From: Deltaproteobacteria bacterium HGW-Deltaproteobacteria-22
GTDB lineage: Bacteria > Myxococcota_A > Polyangia > HGW-17
Direction of reading: 5' to 3'
DNA length: 64,000 bases
NCBI GenBank assembly: GCA_002841825.1
Contig: PHAZ01000001.1
Span: 3,107 to 67,106, forward strand
Positions within the stretch are counted from its first letter, which is position 1. The number at the start of each line of letters is the position of its first letter. The notes beneath the pieces were generated by a model. The model was not told where the DNA came from, made no database searches, and saw only the letters and a program-made list of their open reading frames with translations. The position numbers and the translations under genes are program-made. This document shows, in pieces, positions 35,676 through 44,805 of the stretch.

Positions 35676-36494
35676 ATGCTGGCCATGTTTCGATGGCAAA
35701 ACCTCCTCCTGCTGGTTCTCGTCTGCATCCCCGTATCGCTGGCCATGGCCCGCCGTCGTCCGCCGGTGAAGAAGATTCCCACCTTTTCGATCACCGGGAC
35801 CGTGGAGGCCACCGAGGCGCCTCCGGCCACCGAGGCCGAAAAGCGCGTCGCCTTCCTGCGGCAGCTCAAGGAGAAGGCTTATCACCGTTATCGTGATCCC
35901 CTGGTGATCCTGCCGCCCAAACTGTTCCTGTCGAACCGGCTGGCCGTCGTGGCGTGGAACACCGCGCCTCCCCCGCCCAACCCCATCGCCACGAGCACGG
36001 CCATCGACGCCCTGGTCATCCGCGGCGGCGCGTTCATCCCCCAGTTGTGGGTCCTGAACTTCGAGGCGGACTTCCATGCGGTCAACCGGGGCAACAAGGA
36101 CGTGAAGCTCTTCTCCCCGGGCCGCGTCATCAACGGCACCGCCGTCGGTCCCGAGACCCTCGCACCGGACAGCGACCGCGTCATCGCCATCAACCCCCGC
36201 AGCGAGGAGACGCAGGACAAGAACGTGAAGTTCTGGTCCTATCCGCTGCGCCTGGTGGGTTCCCCGTCGGCCATCGGGCGCGTCCTGTTCGTCCGCTCGC
36301 ACCACTTCACGCTGGTCAACGACGACGGCACGTTCTCGATCCCTCCCCTGCCCGCCGGGAAGTACCAGATCTCCTTCATGGACCGCAACCGTGAGCTGCT
36401 CACCCAGGAAGTCGTGATCCCTGAAAAAGGCAAGGGCGAACTGAAACCGCTGGAAGTGAAGATCACCCTTCCCTTCTCCACGGAAGAATTCTAG
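35676..36494 (+). CDS. Exported hypothetical protein (carboxypeptidase-regulatory-like beta domain)
   Basis: Signal peptide; DGTFSIPPLPAGKYQI motif. Confidence 0.55.
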   Translation: MLAMFRWQNLLLLVLVCIPVSLAMARRRPPVKKIPTFSITGTVEATEAPPATEAEKRVAFLRQLKEKAYHRYRDPLVILPPKLFLSNRLAVVAWNTAPPPPNPIATSTAIDALVIRGGAFIPQLWVLNFEADFHAVNRGNKDVKLFSPGRVINGTAVGPETLAPDSDRVIAINPRSEETQDKNVKFWSYPLRLVGSPSAIGRVLFVRSHHFTLVNDDGTFSIPPLPAGKYQISFMDRNRELLTQEVVIPEKGKGELKPLEVKITLPFSTEEF

Positions 36495-36504
36495 AGGCAC
36501 ATCC

Positions 36505-38373
36505 ATGTTTTTTTCCAAGATCTGGCTGGTTCTGGTCACATTCGCCGGTGTTCTGGCCCTGGGCGCCCTGCTCGTCGCCACCCGCCCGGCGGAGTATTTC
36601 CTGAAGCAGAATTTCCGCGCCGACGGCATGCTGCTGGACATGGCACAGGTGTCGTTCGACGCCGAACTGTCGCGCGAGTCGCGTCAGATGCTGGACCGGC
36701 TGGGCAGCATCCGGCTGGACAAGCGCATCGTCGAGGCGGCCGAGACCCAGAAGGACACGGAAAAACTCACTCCGGTCCTGCAGGACTTCGCCAAGCGCCT
36801 CAATGTGATGGAGGTGATCGTCACGGATCCGGCCGGCGCCGTGCTGGCCAACTCCGCCAAGGGTCGCGCCACGGTCGCCAACTTCACGCCGTTCAAGGAA
36901 GCCGTCCAGGGCTACCACAGCGACAACACCATGGTCCTGGACAACCACCTGCTGCAGGTGTTCGCGGTGCCCATCCTGTCCAAGGACTACAAGCGGGTGG
37001 CCGGAGCGCTGGTGGTCCTGCGCAAGTTCGACACGGAGTTCCTCGCCGGCATCCAGGACGCCCTCGGTCACGGCAAGACCAAGGACTTCGATGTTGAAGT
37101 TGCAATATTTATGAACAATAAACTCGTGTACACCACCCACAAACATGACGTGTGGGGGCAGGTGCCAGCTTACTACGAGAAGGTCGCCGCCGACATCCGC
37201 AACCCCGAGAAGGGTTTTGCCCCGTCCACCACGCTGGTGGACAAGAAGCAGGAATACCAGGTGATCCTGGGCCAACTGCGCGGCGAGGTCACCAATCCGC
37301 TGGTCGAGGGCGACCCGAATCCGGCGCCGGCGGCCGCGGACAAGGACAAGAAGGACGACGCCAAGAAGGACGACGCCAAGAAGGACGGCGCCAAGAAGGA
37401 CAGCGCCAAGAAGGCGGGCTCGGGCGTCACCGACGACACCGGCGTCTACTATGCGCTGGCCTGGAAGCTGCCGCCGCCCCTGGGCAGTTTCGCGTTCATG
37501 GACAAGCACATCCCGCAGAGCGAACTGATGAAGGGCTTCCCATGGACGATGCTCGTGCTCGCGGGCGTGGGCATCTTCATCCTGGGCATGCTCATCGTCA
37601 TCTTCGAGGGCGACATGCCCCTGCGCCGCCTGATCAAGCACACCAAGGAGGTCGCCTCGGGCGACATGCTGCTGATCAACGACCAGGCGTTCCACGGCCG
37701 GTTTTCCTCCCTGGCCCGCGCGATCAACGAGGCCCTGGAGAAGACCGCCGAGCGACAGGGCGGCCCCTCACTGCACGACAAGTCCATCGGTGACATCCTC
37801 GGCGGACCGGCCCCCTCGGGTGGCGGTGCCGGGCTCTCGCTCAAGGACGGCGGTCCGCCGCCCCCGCCGGTGACCGGCAAGCCTCTGACCTACCCCAAGG
37901 TCAAGAATGTCGACCTGCCGGGCCAGAAGGTGCCCGCGGTGCTGCCGGACAAGCCGATCATGTCGTCAGCGCCCCCCCTGCCCTCGTCGGCTCCCCCGCC
38001 GCTGCCGGGCCGCCCCTCCAATCCAGCCATTCCGACGGTGTCCGGATCCGAATCCGCTCCGGCCTCCACCTCTTTGGCCGCGGACAAGCCGGCCGATGCC
38101 GGGGACAAGAAGAGCTCCGGCAACATCATCCTTCCCCCGGGACCTTCGGATGATCCGACCGAATATTACAATTATATTTTAACCAAATTCAAAGAAATGA
38201 AGATGCAACTCGAGGGCTCCCTGGAAGGCTTCACCGACGAGGAGTTCGTCAAGAAGCTCGCCCAGTCCACCGCCGACGTCCGCGCCAAGATGAAGTGCGA
38301 GCGCGTCATCCTCACCGTCTACGAGCGCGAAAAGAAAGCCGGCCTCAAGGCCGCCCCCTACCGCGGCCAGTAG
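36505..38373 (+). CDS. MXAN_5187-family membrane protein (sensor domain, HAMP-like, conserved C-terminal domain); integration target
   Basis: TM-periplasmic-TM layout, Pro-rich linker, C-terminal FVKKL...CERVILTVYEREKKAGLKAAP. Confidence 0.65.
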   Translation: MFFSKIWLVLVTFAGVLALGALLVATRPAEYFLKQNFRADGMLLDMAQVSFDAELSRESRQMLDRLGSIRLDKRIVEAAETQKDTEKLTPVLQDFAKRLNVMEVIVTDPAGAVLANSAKGRATVANFTPFKEAVQGYHSDNTMVLDNHLLQVFAVPILSKDYKRVAGALVVLRKFDTEFLAGIQDALGHGKTKDFDVEVAIFMNNKLVYTTHKHDVWGQVPAYYEKVAADIRNPEKGFAPSTTLVDKKQEYQVILGQLRGEVTNPLVEGDPNPAPAAADKDKKDDAKKDDAKKDGAKKDSAKKAGSGVTDDTGVYYALAWKLPPPLGSFAFMDKHIPQSELMKGFPWTMLVLAGVGIFILGMLIVIFEGDMPLRRLIKHTKEVASGDMLLINDQAFHGRFSSLARAINEALEKTAERQGGPSLHDKSIGDILGGPAPSGGGAGLSLKDGGPPPPPVTGKPLTYPKVKNVDLPGQKVPAVLPDKPIMSSAPPLPSSAPPPLPGRPSNPAIPTVSGSESAPASTSLAADKPADAGDKKSSGNIILPPGPSDDPTEYYNYILTKFKEMKMQLEGSLEGFTDEEFVKKLAQSTADVRAKMKCERVILTVYEREKKAGLKAAPYRGQ

Positions 38374-38374
38374 A
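38359..38374 (+). repeat. attL core TACCGCGGCCAGTAGA
   Basis: Identical to 63184-63199; encodes YRGQ-stop of the host gene. Confidence 0.85.
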
Positions 38375-38428
38375 ACACTGAGCAGGAATCCGTTGAAAAA
38401 CCTCAGTTTTTCTCGCCTGTTGAAATAG

Positions 38429-38447
38429 CATTTCCTTAACTTGGGCG
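38429..38447 (+). repeat. 19-bp sub-terminal direct repeat CATTTCCTTAACTTGGGCG (left copy)
   Basis: Identical to 63025-63043. Confidence 0.9.
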
Positions 38448-38477
38448 CAAGCCTTAATCGTTCCGGCTGATTTTTTC

Positions 38478-39638
38478 TCAGCGGATTCCATTGGCAGTAG
38501 TCTGATTCTGAAGGATGTTTACGCCGGCGCGGAGGTTGTCGGGGGATAGATGCGCGTAGCGGCCGGTCACCTCCAGGGAACTATGGCCCAACAATGTGGA
38601 GACGACGGGTAATGGTACACCAGCCTGGACCATGCACGAGGCATGCGAGTGTCGGAGCATATGTGGGGAGATGGGCCTCAACCCGGCTGATCTGCAGGAT
38701 TTCTTCAGATGGAAGCCGGCGTTGCGTGGACGTTCATAGCCTTGTTTTTTGTCCGAAATAATCACCAGGCGCCGGCTGAGGGATGCCTGTGGCAATGGCG
38801 TAATATTCTTCTCTCCGGGAAAGCGTAAGAAAAAAATATTCTTCAACGCGCTGACCGCTTCGCTGTTCAGGGGGAGCACACGGGTGCGGCCATTCTTTGG
38901 TGTCATCACTTGTGGTCCGCGATCCGTGAAATACACGGTCCGCTGAACTCGAATGGACTCGAATTTTGCCCGGAGATCGAGGTCGTTCCATTCAAGCGCA
39001 CACATCTCCCCAATTCGAAGGCCAGTATGGAAGAGGAACCGAAATACGCAGCTCCAGATGGGTGATGCATGTTTGCAAAGAGACTCCAATTCCTCCACCG
39101 TGAGGAAATCCGTCTTGATATTCACGATCTCCTTGATCGACTCCAGGGTCAAGGAAAGAGGAGGCAATCCGGATTTATCGGCGACCTTCAGGCAGGTTTT
39201 CAGAACGCGGATGTGCCGAGGCGTGGATATCTTTCTGGCGGCTTCCATGAGTTGATCGCAATGCGATTGCGAGAAATTCACCCAGGCCAGTTCGCCGATG
39301 ACCGGAAAGACATGCTTGCGCAGACTGCACTCGTGGATGTAGCGGGTGGAGGGTTTCAGATGTCCGGTGAGCTCCAGCCAGTCCAGAATTGCACGTAGAC
39401 CGCTCTCCACGGTGTGAATGGTTTTCGGCCCGCGCTTATGCCCGGGCACCACCTTCTTGATACCGTTCTGGATCATCGAGAGTTCCTTCTCTCCCCACGA
39501 GATGGCCGCCCCTCGACTATCGAAACCACGCTTCTTCAGGCGGCGCGGGATGCCTTCATGATCCTTGAAGCAGTGGTCCACACGGAACAGTACCCGGCCA
39601 CGCCTCTCGTAGGGATAAGCGACGATAATCTCAGACAT
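38478..39638 (-). CDS. int: Tyrosine recombinase/integrase
   Basis: TGLRIGE (R), PKNGRTR (K), HMLRHSHAS (HxxR), LGHSS, TGRYAH (Y); N-terminal arm-binding-like region KKRGFDSR. Confidence 0.95.
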   Translation of the reverse strand: MSEIIVAYPYERRGRVLFRVDHCFKDHEGIPRRLKKRGFDSRGAAISWGEKELSMIQNGIKKVVPGHKRGPKTIHTVESGLRAILDWLELTGHLKPSTRYIHECSLRKHVFPVIGELAWVNFSQSHCDQLMEAARKISTPRHIRVLKTCLKVADKSGLPPLSLTLESIKEIVNIKTDFLTVEELESLCKHASPIWSCVFRFLFHTGLRIGEMCALEWNDLDLRAKFESIRVQRTVYFTDRGPQVMTPKNGRTRVLPLNSEAVSALKNIFFLRFPGEKNITPLPQASLSRRLVIISDKKQGYERPRNAGFHLKKSCRSAGLRPISPHMLRHSHASCMVQAGVPLPVVSTLLGHSSLEVTGRYAHLSPDNLRAGVNILQNQTTANGIR

Positions 39639-39744
39639 AACTATCGGCCTTTCTGGCCTGCAGAATTTCGCGTTGCAGGCATCATAGCTCAGCCCCAAGG
39701 GGCGGTCAAGCACGCAGGCTCGGCCGCCCCTCCAAAGCGCAGGG

Positions 39745-40200
39745 TCATTGAGCTTCCGACGGTTTTGCCGAGGGAAGCGGGGCTTGCGGACGAGGCTTGT
39801 CCCGTTGGATCAGTTCGGTGATTAGAGAACTGGCTTCCTGAGTGGTGAGGGCGTCGACAGTTTTCCCGAAACGGGATTTGCAGCCCGCCTCGAATTTACT
39901 CTTGTTTCCGCCAAGCTTCTCGTCCACGAGTTCGCGCAGCTTGACGAGTTGACGTGCTGTGATCTGACCCTGGACGTTGGCTGTCGATGGTGTTGTTTGG
40001 GGACGGGTGACATTGGACGAAGGTATGGATGAGACGCGCGATGGCGCATCCTGTGCGACAGGCGATGGCGTCTCACCACTTGCAGGAGAAGAGCCTTCCT
40101 CTTCTCGGAGTATGGTCATCATCTCGGCGAACTCCTTGTTGAGTTCCTGGAGGTGTTGCTGGATACGGTTGAAGCGAGTAACGAAGTTTTCAGTTGTCAT
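39745..40200 (-). CDS. Hypothetical protein, paralogue of 56394-56780
   Basis: N-terminal helix, linker, C-terminal domain ITARQL...LTTQEASSLITEL. Confidence 0.75.
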   Translation of the reverse strand: MTTENFVTRFNRIQQHLQELNKEFAEMMTILREEEGSSPASGETPSPVAQDAPSRVSSIPSSNVTRPQTTPSTANVQGQITARQLVKLRELVDEKLGGNKSKFEAGCKSRFGKTVDALTTQEASSLITELIQRDKPRPQAPLPSAKPSEAQ

Positions 40201-40276
40201 ATCAATCACCTTCTTTCTGCGCGCCGCTGGCCGGAGGCATCATCGCCCGCCGGCCACGACACAACCAGGTTTGCGA

Positions 40277-40510
40277 CTAGGCCGCCTTGTCCTTGTTTCC
40301 AGACAGCCAATTCATGATGGTCTCGCGGTTGAAGCGGTAGCTCTTTCCGGTCCTGCGGCACGGGATCTGTTTGTGTTCGATCATGTAATAAATCGAGTTC
40401 GGCCGTACGCGCAGCAGTTGGGCCAACTGAGAGACATCCAGGACCTCGGGCAGCGCCGCGGTCGGTTCGGTGGTGGTGGCGATTTCGGGGTTCATATACA
40501 GGGTTTTCAT
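40277..40510 (-). CDS. Excisionase-like HTH (HTH_17)
   Basis: VLDVSQLAQLLRVRPNSIYYMIEHKQIPCRRTGKSYRFNRETIMNWL. Confidence 0.85.
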   Translation of the reverse strand: MKTLYMNPEIATTTEPTAALPEVLDVSQLAQLLRVRPNSIYYMIEHKQIPCRRTGKSYRFNRETIMNWLSGNKDKAA

Positions 40511-40637
40511 TTTAAGACTCCTTGCCCTTACAGGGCAAAATAGGTAAATAAGACCAGACCTGTCGACGACACCACCATGGTGACGACGACACTTTCAACA
40601 ACGCCCGGAGGCCCGCGGCAACGGGAGCAGGTGGGCA

Positions 40638-43600
40638 TCAGGGCACCTCCTCCGGGTCGACCATGGAGACGAACGTGCCATCAAAACTGATGACACCCTG
40701 TGCGACGAGGTCGTCGATCATCGGCTTCGCCATCGGCCGCAAATGCTCTGGGAGCATCTCCCGGACGCGGTTCAGGTGCAGGGCACCTTCGCTGAGTGAA
40801 TGGGACGTGACAGCGAGCCGGAAGTGCTCCAGTTCGTCGACGTTGGCGGTGACCGAGACAATTTCCTCGGGGAGATCCAAGTGGCCAGAAAAACCCACGC
40901 TGGTGCCGGCACCACTTCCTGTCTCTTGATAAATATTTTCTTGTTCTCCGCCTTCTTCTTCTTTTTCTTCTCCCCGAAAAGGGTACCCCTCAATCCGTGG
41001 GTTTTTTTGGCCACTTACGACTTGGCCCACACCAAGGTCGACATCGGCGAGCCCCGGTTTCGGCGTGAACGTGGGCTTCTGTTTCGGCAGCAGCTTAATG
41101 CCGGTTACGCCACGCGTTCGGTAATGATCCTCCTGACGGCGGCAGACCTCACCGCCCCAGGTCACCTCCACTGCCGCGAAAAACCGGTCATGGCTGAAGG
41201 TGTCCCGATGGTCGTAGTCAGGCCACCACTTGTTGTAGGCAACGTCGATGTCGTCCCAAGAGATGTAGTGGCTCTCGGACTGCTGGAACCTCTCCCACAA
41301 AAAACGGGCCTCGACGGTCGTCAAGGCCTCGGCGAGGTAGACCGCCTCCTCCACGGGCTGCGTGTACTGCCACGTCCCCGTTTCCAGGTAGCGCCGGGCA
41401 AAATGGACCCCGTAGGAGAAGATGATATCCATCTCGGCCTCGTCCTGGGTCCAGGCGAGCTCCGCATCCATCTGGTTCTCGGCCGTGTACCGGATGCGGT
41501 GCGACCACACGTGGACGTTGCGACGGTCTGCACCTCCACGAGTGCGGTCCTTCCCGATGCTGGGATGGTTGCTGAGGATGACGATCAGGCTTGTGTTCAG
41601 GAAGCTCGTGGCATCCTGGTACACGGGCGCCCCAGTCAAGGTCTCAGCCGTCGTGGCCTCCTTGATGAAAGGACCGAGAATGTCGAACACGTTGTGCGGC
41701 GCGTCGTCGAAGACGGCGAGCAACTTGCCTCTCAGGGTCGAGATACCCCGCAACCGCCGTTCACCAGTGAAATCGGCGATCTGCGCATGCAGGATGTTCG
41801 AGTCACCCACGAGGATCGCGACGTACTTCATGAAGGTAGACTTTCCTTCACCGCCAGGTCCCCAAAAAATAATGCAGATGCCGGTCTGCCGCGTGAGCAG
41901 CAAGCGGGCGATCATTTCGATGAGGGCGACGATGTTCACGCCCCACCGCTCCCAGGCCTGGATGGTTTTCAAGGATTCCAGCGGCGGCAACTGTGTCGGG
42001 TCCTCGATGAATGTGCGCGGCACGTAGAACACTGCAGGCTGCTTCGGCCGCCCGGGAGTGAACCACCGATCAAGCTCGAAGGAGATGAAGCCGTTCTTGC
42101 AGAGAATGCCCTTCTGGAGCACTTCGCCGCCTCGGAATTCGAGTACGGCGGTCGCGAGGTACCAGGCCACGAGCGTGAACTCACTTGGCTCCAGCGGACG
42201 CCCCGCGACCGTGTTGAACAGATCGTGGAGTTCCTCTGGCCGAACCGGGCTGAGATGCCCTTCGGTGTTGACTCGATGGAACGTGGGCGTCATCGACGGG
42301 CGGCTCGGCGGCTCGATGCACACTAAACTGTCCCCGGTGCTTCTTGCCACGCCTCGGGCGATGACGACATACTCGTCCTCTTGTGGTTCTCCTTCGGATT
42401 CTAATTTTTCCAGCTGCTGCCTCTCGGTTTCAATGATCAACTTTCCGAGATCTGTGAGGGTGCACTTGAAGTGCTTTGCACCTGCCTTGAGGACTTTTTT
42501 GATCATCACTGGGTTGGCTCGCACCAACTCGTACGCGAAAGACTGCAGGACCTTGGGAAGCTGGTCTGACGGGGTATCAGTTGGGATGGCCAAGAGTTGA
42601 TCGATGAGTTCCTTCTCCGTCGGCGAAGGCGCTGCGCTGGCTTTACTTGCCATCGGTGCCGGCAGAGAGGTCGTTGGGATCGACGTGAAAGTGTAGGTCA
42701 AGCCACCATGAGCGAAGCTCCAGATGTACGGTGGCTTGCCCGGTTTGACGATGAACTGTGCGAGCCGTTCACCGCCGTGGTAGTCAGGTTCCAGCGGATC
42801 GGAGAAGGTCTTCCCGTTCCACTTTTCCTGGTCCCCGAGGAGCTCACCGACCGTGACCTCGCCGGCCTGCCCGTGCAGCACGAATTCGTCTGGCAGCACG
42901 TGGGTGGCAGCAGCCACGCCCAGGCGGTCACGCATGTGCTGCGCTTCTTCCGGCGACTGAGGGCGTCCCGCACGTTGGCCGTCCTTCTGGATGCGATCCT
43001 CGATCCACGCAGCACGGACAGCGTCGGCCTCGTCCTGGGCGTCTGCCTTGAGCGCGGCGACGATCTCTTTGAGACGCTCATCTTCTTCCGGCGTGAGCGC
43101 GGTGAGCGCGGTGACAGTATCCAGCACGCTACCGTCTTTCACCGTGGGTGCCGGCCTTAACTGGACGAGGCCCTTGCCGCAGGCCGCACCGGCTGCAAAG
43201 TCGAGCCGCTCCGGCTGCCACACGGATCCATCGATGGACGTGCGCAGCAGCATCGTTCCAGCCTTGGTGACCTGGATGTACCCGTGCCCCGCAAGGACGA
43301 GCCGGTCAAACAGCAACTGCCCTGCGCGTGGGATGTCCTGGCCGTTTTTCGCAACGAGGTAGACCCGCTTGCCGCCTTCGCCCTTGAGAACTTCGCCGGT
43401 CTTCTCATTGACGATGAAGGTGCTCGCGCTGTCGGTGACAACCAGGGCGCAGTCCGCGATCTCTGGGCACACCGACACCAGGAGTCCTACCAGCTCCTCG
43501 CGTGTCAGTGGCATGGTGCCCGGCCGGATGTCGAAGTCGATCATCATGATCGCGAGTCCGGCGAGAAAACGGAAGTTCTCTCGGATGCGGGCGAGGTCGC

Positions 43601-43853
43601 CTGGACCGACGTTTTCACGGGTCGTGACGTGTGCCTCGTCCACGTTGGGGACGCCGTAGCCGCACGCCTGGTTGATCAACAGTTGGATCAGGAGCTCGAT
43701 GAAGCCGTGGGGGAAGTCCGCTTCGACGCGCTTGACCTCGCCGTTCCAAAGGTTGCCCCCAGGCAGGATGACAAGCTGGTCGTTCTCCAGCGTGATGGAT
43801 TTGGTGAGCCGGGGTGGCTCGTGGGACGTGAAGACCGAAATGGGCACCCTCAT
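40638..43853 (-). CDS. Putative primase fused to an SF3 (D5/P4-like) helicase
   Basis: C-terminal Walker A GPGGEGKST, Walker B LAVFDD, motif C ILSNH; N-terminal MMIDFD acidic motif (primase-like, inferred). Confidence 0.75.
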   Translation of the reverse strand: MRVPISVFTSHEPPRLTKSITLENDQLVILPGGNLWNGEVKRVEADFPHGFIELLIQLLINQACGYGVPNVDEAHVTTRENVGPGDLARIRENFRFLAGLAIMMIDFDIRPGTMPLTREELVGLLVSVCPEIADCALVVTDSASTFIVNEKTGEVLKGEGGKRVYLVAKNGQDIPRAGQLLFDRLVLAGHGYIQVTKAGTMLLRTSIDGSVWQPERLDFAAGAACGKGLVQLRPAPTVKDGSVLDTVTALTALTPEEDERLKEIVAALKADAQDEADAVRAAWIEDRIQKDGQRAGRPQSPEEAQHMRDRLGVAAATHVLPDEFVLHGQAGEVTVGELLGDQEKWNGKTFSDPLEPDYHGGERLAQFIVKPGKPPYIWSFAHGGLTYTFTSIPTTSLPAPMASKASAAPSPTEKELIDQLLAIPTDTPSDQLPKVLQSFAYELVRANPVMIKKVLKAGAKHFKCTLTDLGKLIIETERQQLEKLESEGEPQEDEYVVIARGVARSTGDSLVCIEPPSRPSMTPTFHRVNTEGHLSPVRPEELHDLFNTVAGRPLEPSEFTLVAWYLATAVLEFRGGEVLQKGILCKNGFISFELDRWFTPGRPKQPAVFYVPRTFIEDPTQLPPLESLKTIQAWERWGVNIVALIEMIARLLLTRQTGICIIFWGPGGEGKSTFMKYVAILVGDSNILHAQIADFTGERRLRGISTLRGKLLAVFDDAPHNVFDILGPFIKEATTAETLTGAPVYQDATSFLNTSLIVILSNHPSIGKDRTRGGADRRNVHVWSHRIRYTAENQMDAELAWTQDEAEMDIIFSYGVHFARRYLETGTWQYTQPVEEAVYLAEALTTVEARFLWERFQQSESHYISWDDIDVAYNKWWPDYDHRDTFSHDRFFAAVEVTWGGEVCRRQEDHYRTRGVTGIKLLPKQKPTFTPKPGLADVDLGVGQVVSGQKNPRIEGYPFRGEEKEEEGGEQENIYQETGSGAGTSVGFSGHLDLPEEIVSVTANVDELEHFRLAVTSHSLSEGALHLNRVREMLPEHLRPMAKPMIDDLVAQGVISFDGTFVSMVDPEEVP

Positions 43854-44590
43854 GGTGTCACCCCCTGGTTGATTTTTTGTTTTTTGGCAGGCCGACGATC
43901 AGTCGGTACGACGAAGCTCGCGACGAGTCGATAGACCCGTGCGACGGTTTCCAGATGTTGGGGCGTGTTCGCCCTTGCGGATGCTAGACGAGGTCGTGGG
44001 CCAGGTTCATCACCCGGCCCGCTAGATGGGCCTGATTCGCCCCCGGAGGCTGAGCCCGGGGGTGATGTGGACCGGGAAGAGGATGAACTTGCCGAACGGC
44101 GTGCTCGATGTGCTCTGGCGCGGTGCTTCACGATGAAGCGGATATGTGGGACGGACGCACGCCTGGACTGAACACGCGGCTGGGGATAAGACGCTCGGTA
44201 CAACAGCCGGTATGGAAGATCAGGATCGGAGTTTTCTGGACCCAACTGGGGAGGGGAGCCAGCGGGCGGAAGCTCTTCGTTATGTCCAAATGCCATATCG
44301 TATTCTTCTTGAGTAAGCCGATTATCCATCTCGCAGGATTCATTTTCCTGGTTGTAGGTCTCCGCGTCATGGACTACAAACTCGCCCGACTTCATGAGGT
44401 CGGTGATCTTCTGGACTTGTTCCGACTGCTCTTTCTTCTTCCGCCGAATGAAGGCAGCCTCCGAGGGCCGGCCGTATCTGTTCGAGCGATTTCTCCTGAT
44501 GGTCTTCATCCACAAATCTCCGTCTCCCAACGACCGGGTCTGAGCACCGGTTGTCAAAACTGGATATAAGTCCTCCAGGATCATTTTCAA
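43850..44590 (-). CDS. Hypothetical protein
   Basis: 246-aa ORF whose stop overlaps the primase-helicase start (ATGA); low-complexity Ser/Arg-rich C-terminal half. Confidence 0.45.
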   Translation of the reverse strand: MKMILEDLYPVLTTGAQTRSLGDGDLWMKTIRRNRSNRYGRPSEAAFIRRKKKEQSEQVQKITDLMKSGEFVVHDAETYNQENESCEMDNRLTQEEYDMAFGHNEELPPAGSPPQLGPENSDPDLPYRLLYRASYPQPRVQSRRASVPHIRFIVKHRARAHRARRSASSSSSRSTSPPGSASGGESGPSSGPGDEPGPRPRLASARANTPQHLETVARVYRLVASFVVPTDRRPAKKQKINQGVTP

Positions 44591-44805
44591 CCCCTAAAAT
44601 TCAGTCCGAATTATTTATTTGTAGCTCTATTGATCCACCGCCTCGTTCAGCGAGAACAACCGCGAATGACCCTGAATACCCCGGAAAATGATAGCGATTA
44701 TTATTTTAATTACCAGTGCATTTTTTTCGCGATCCGTGGGAAAAGTGCGGGTTCGTTAACACGGATTCGGCGTGATCCCGGCGACAAGGTACCTGCGCCG
44801 CGCGC

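Noticed and set aside
38374..38478. tRNA or tmRNA at the integration site
   Set aside because: No cloverleaf or T-loop GTTCGA motif at either end
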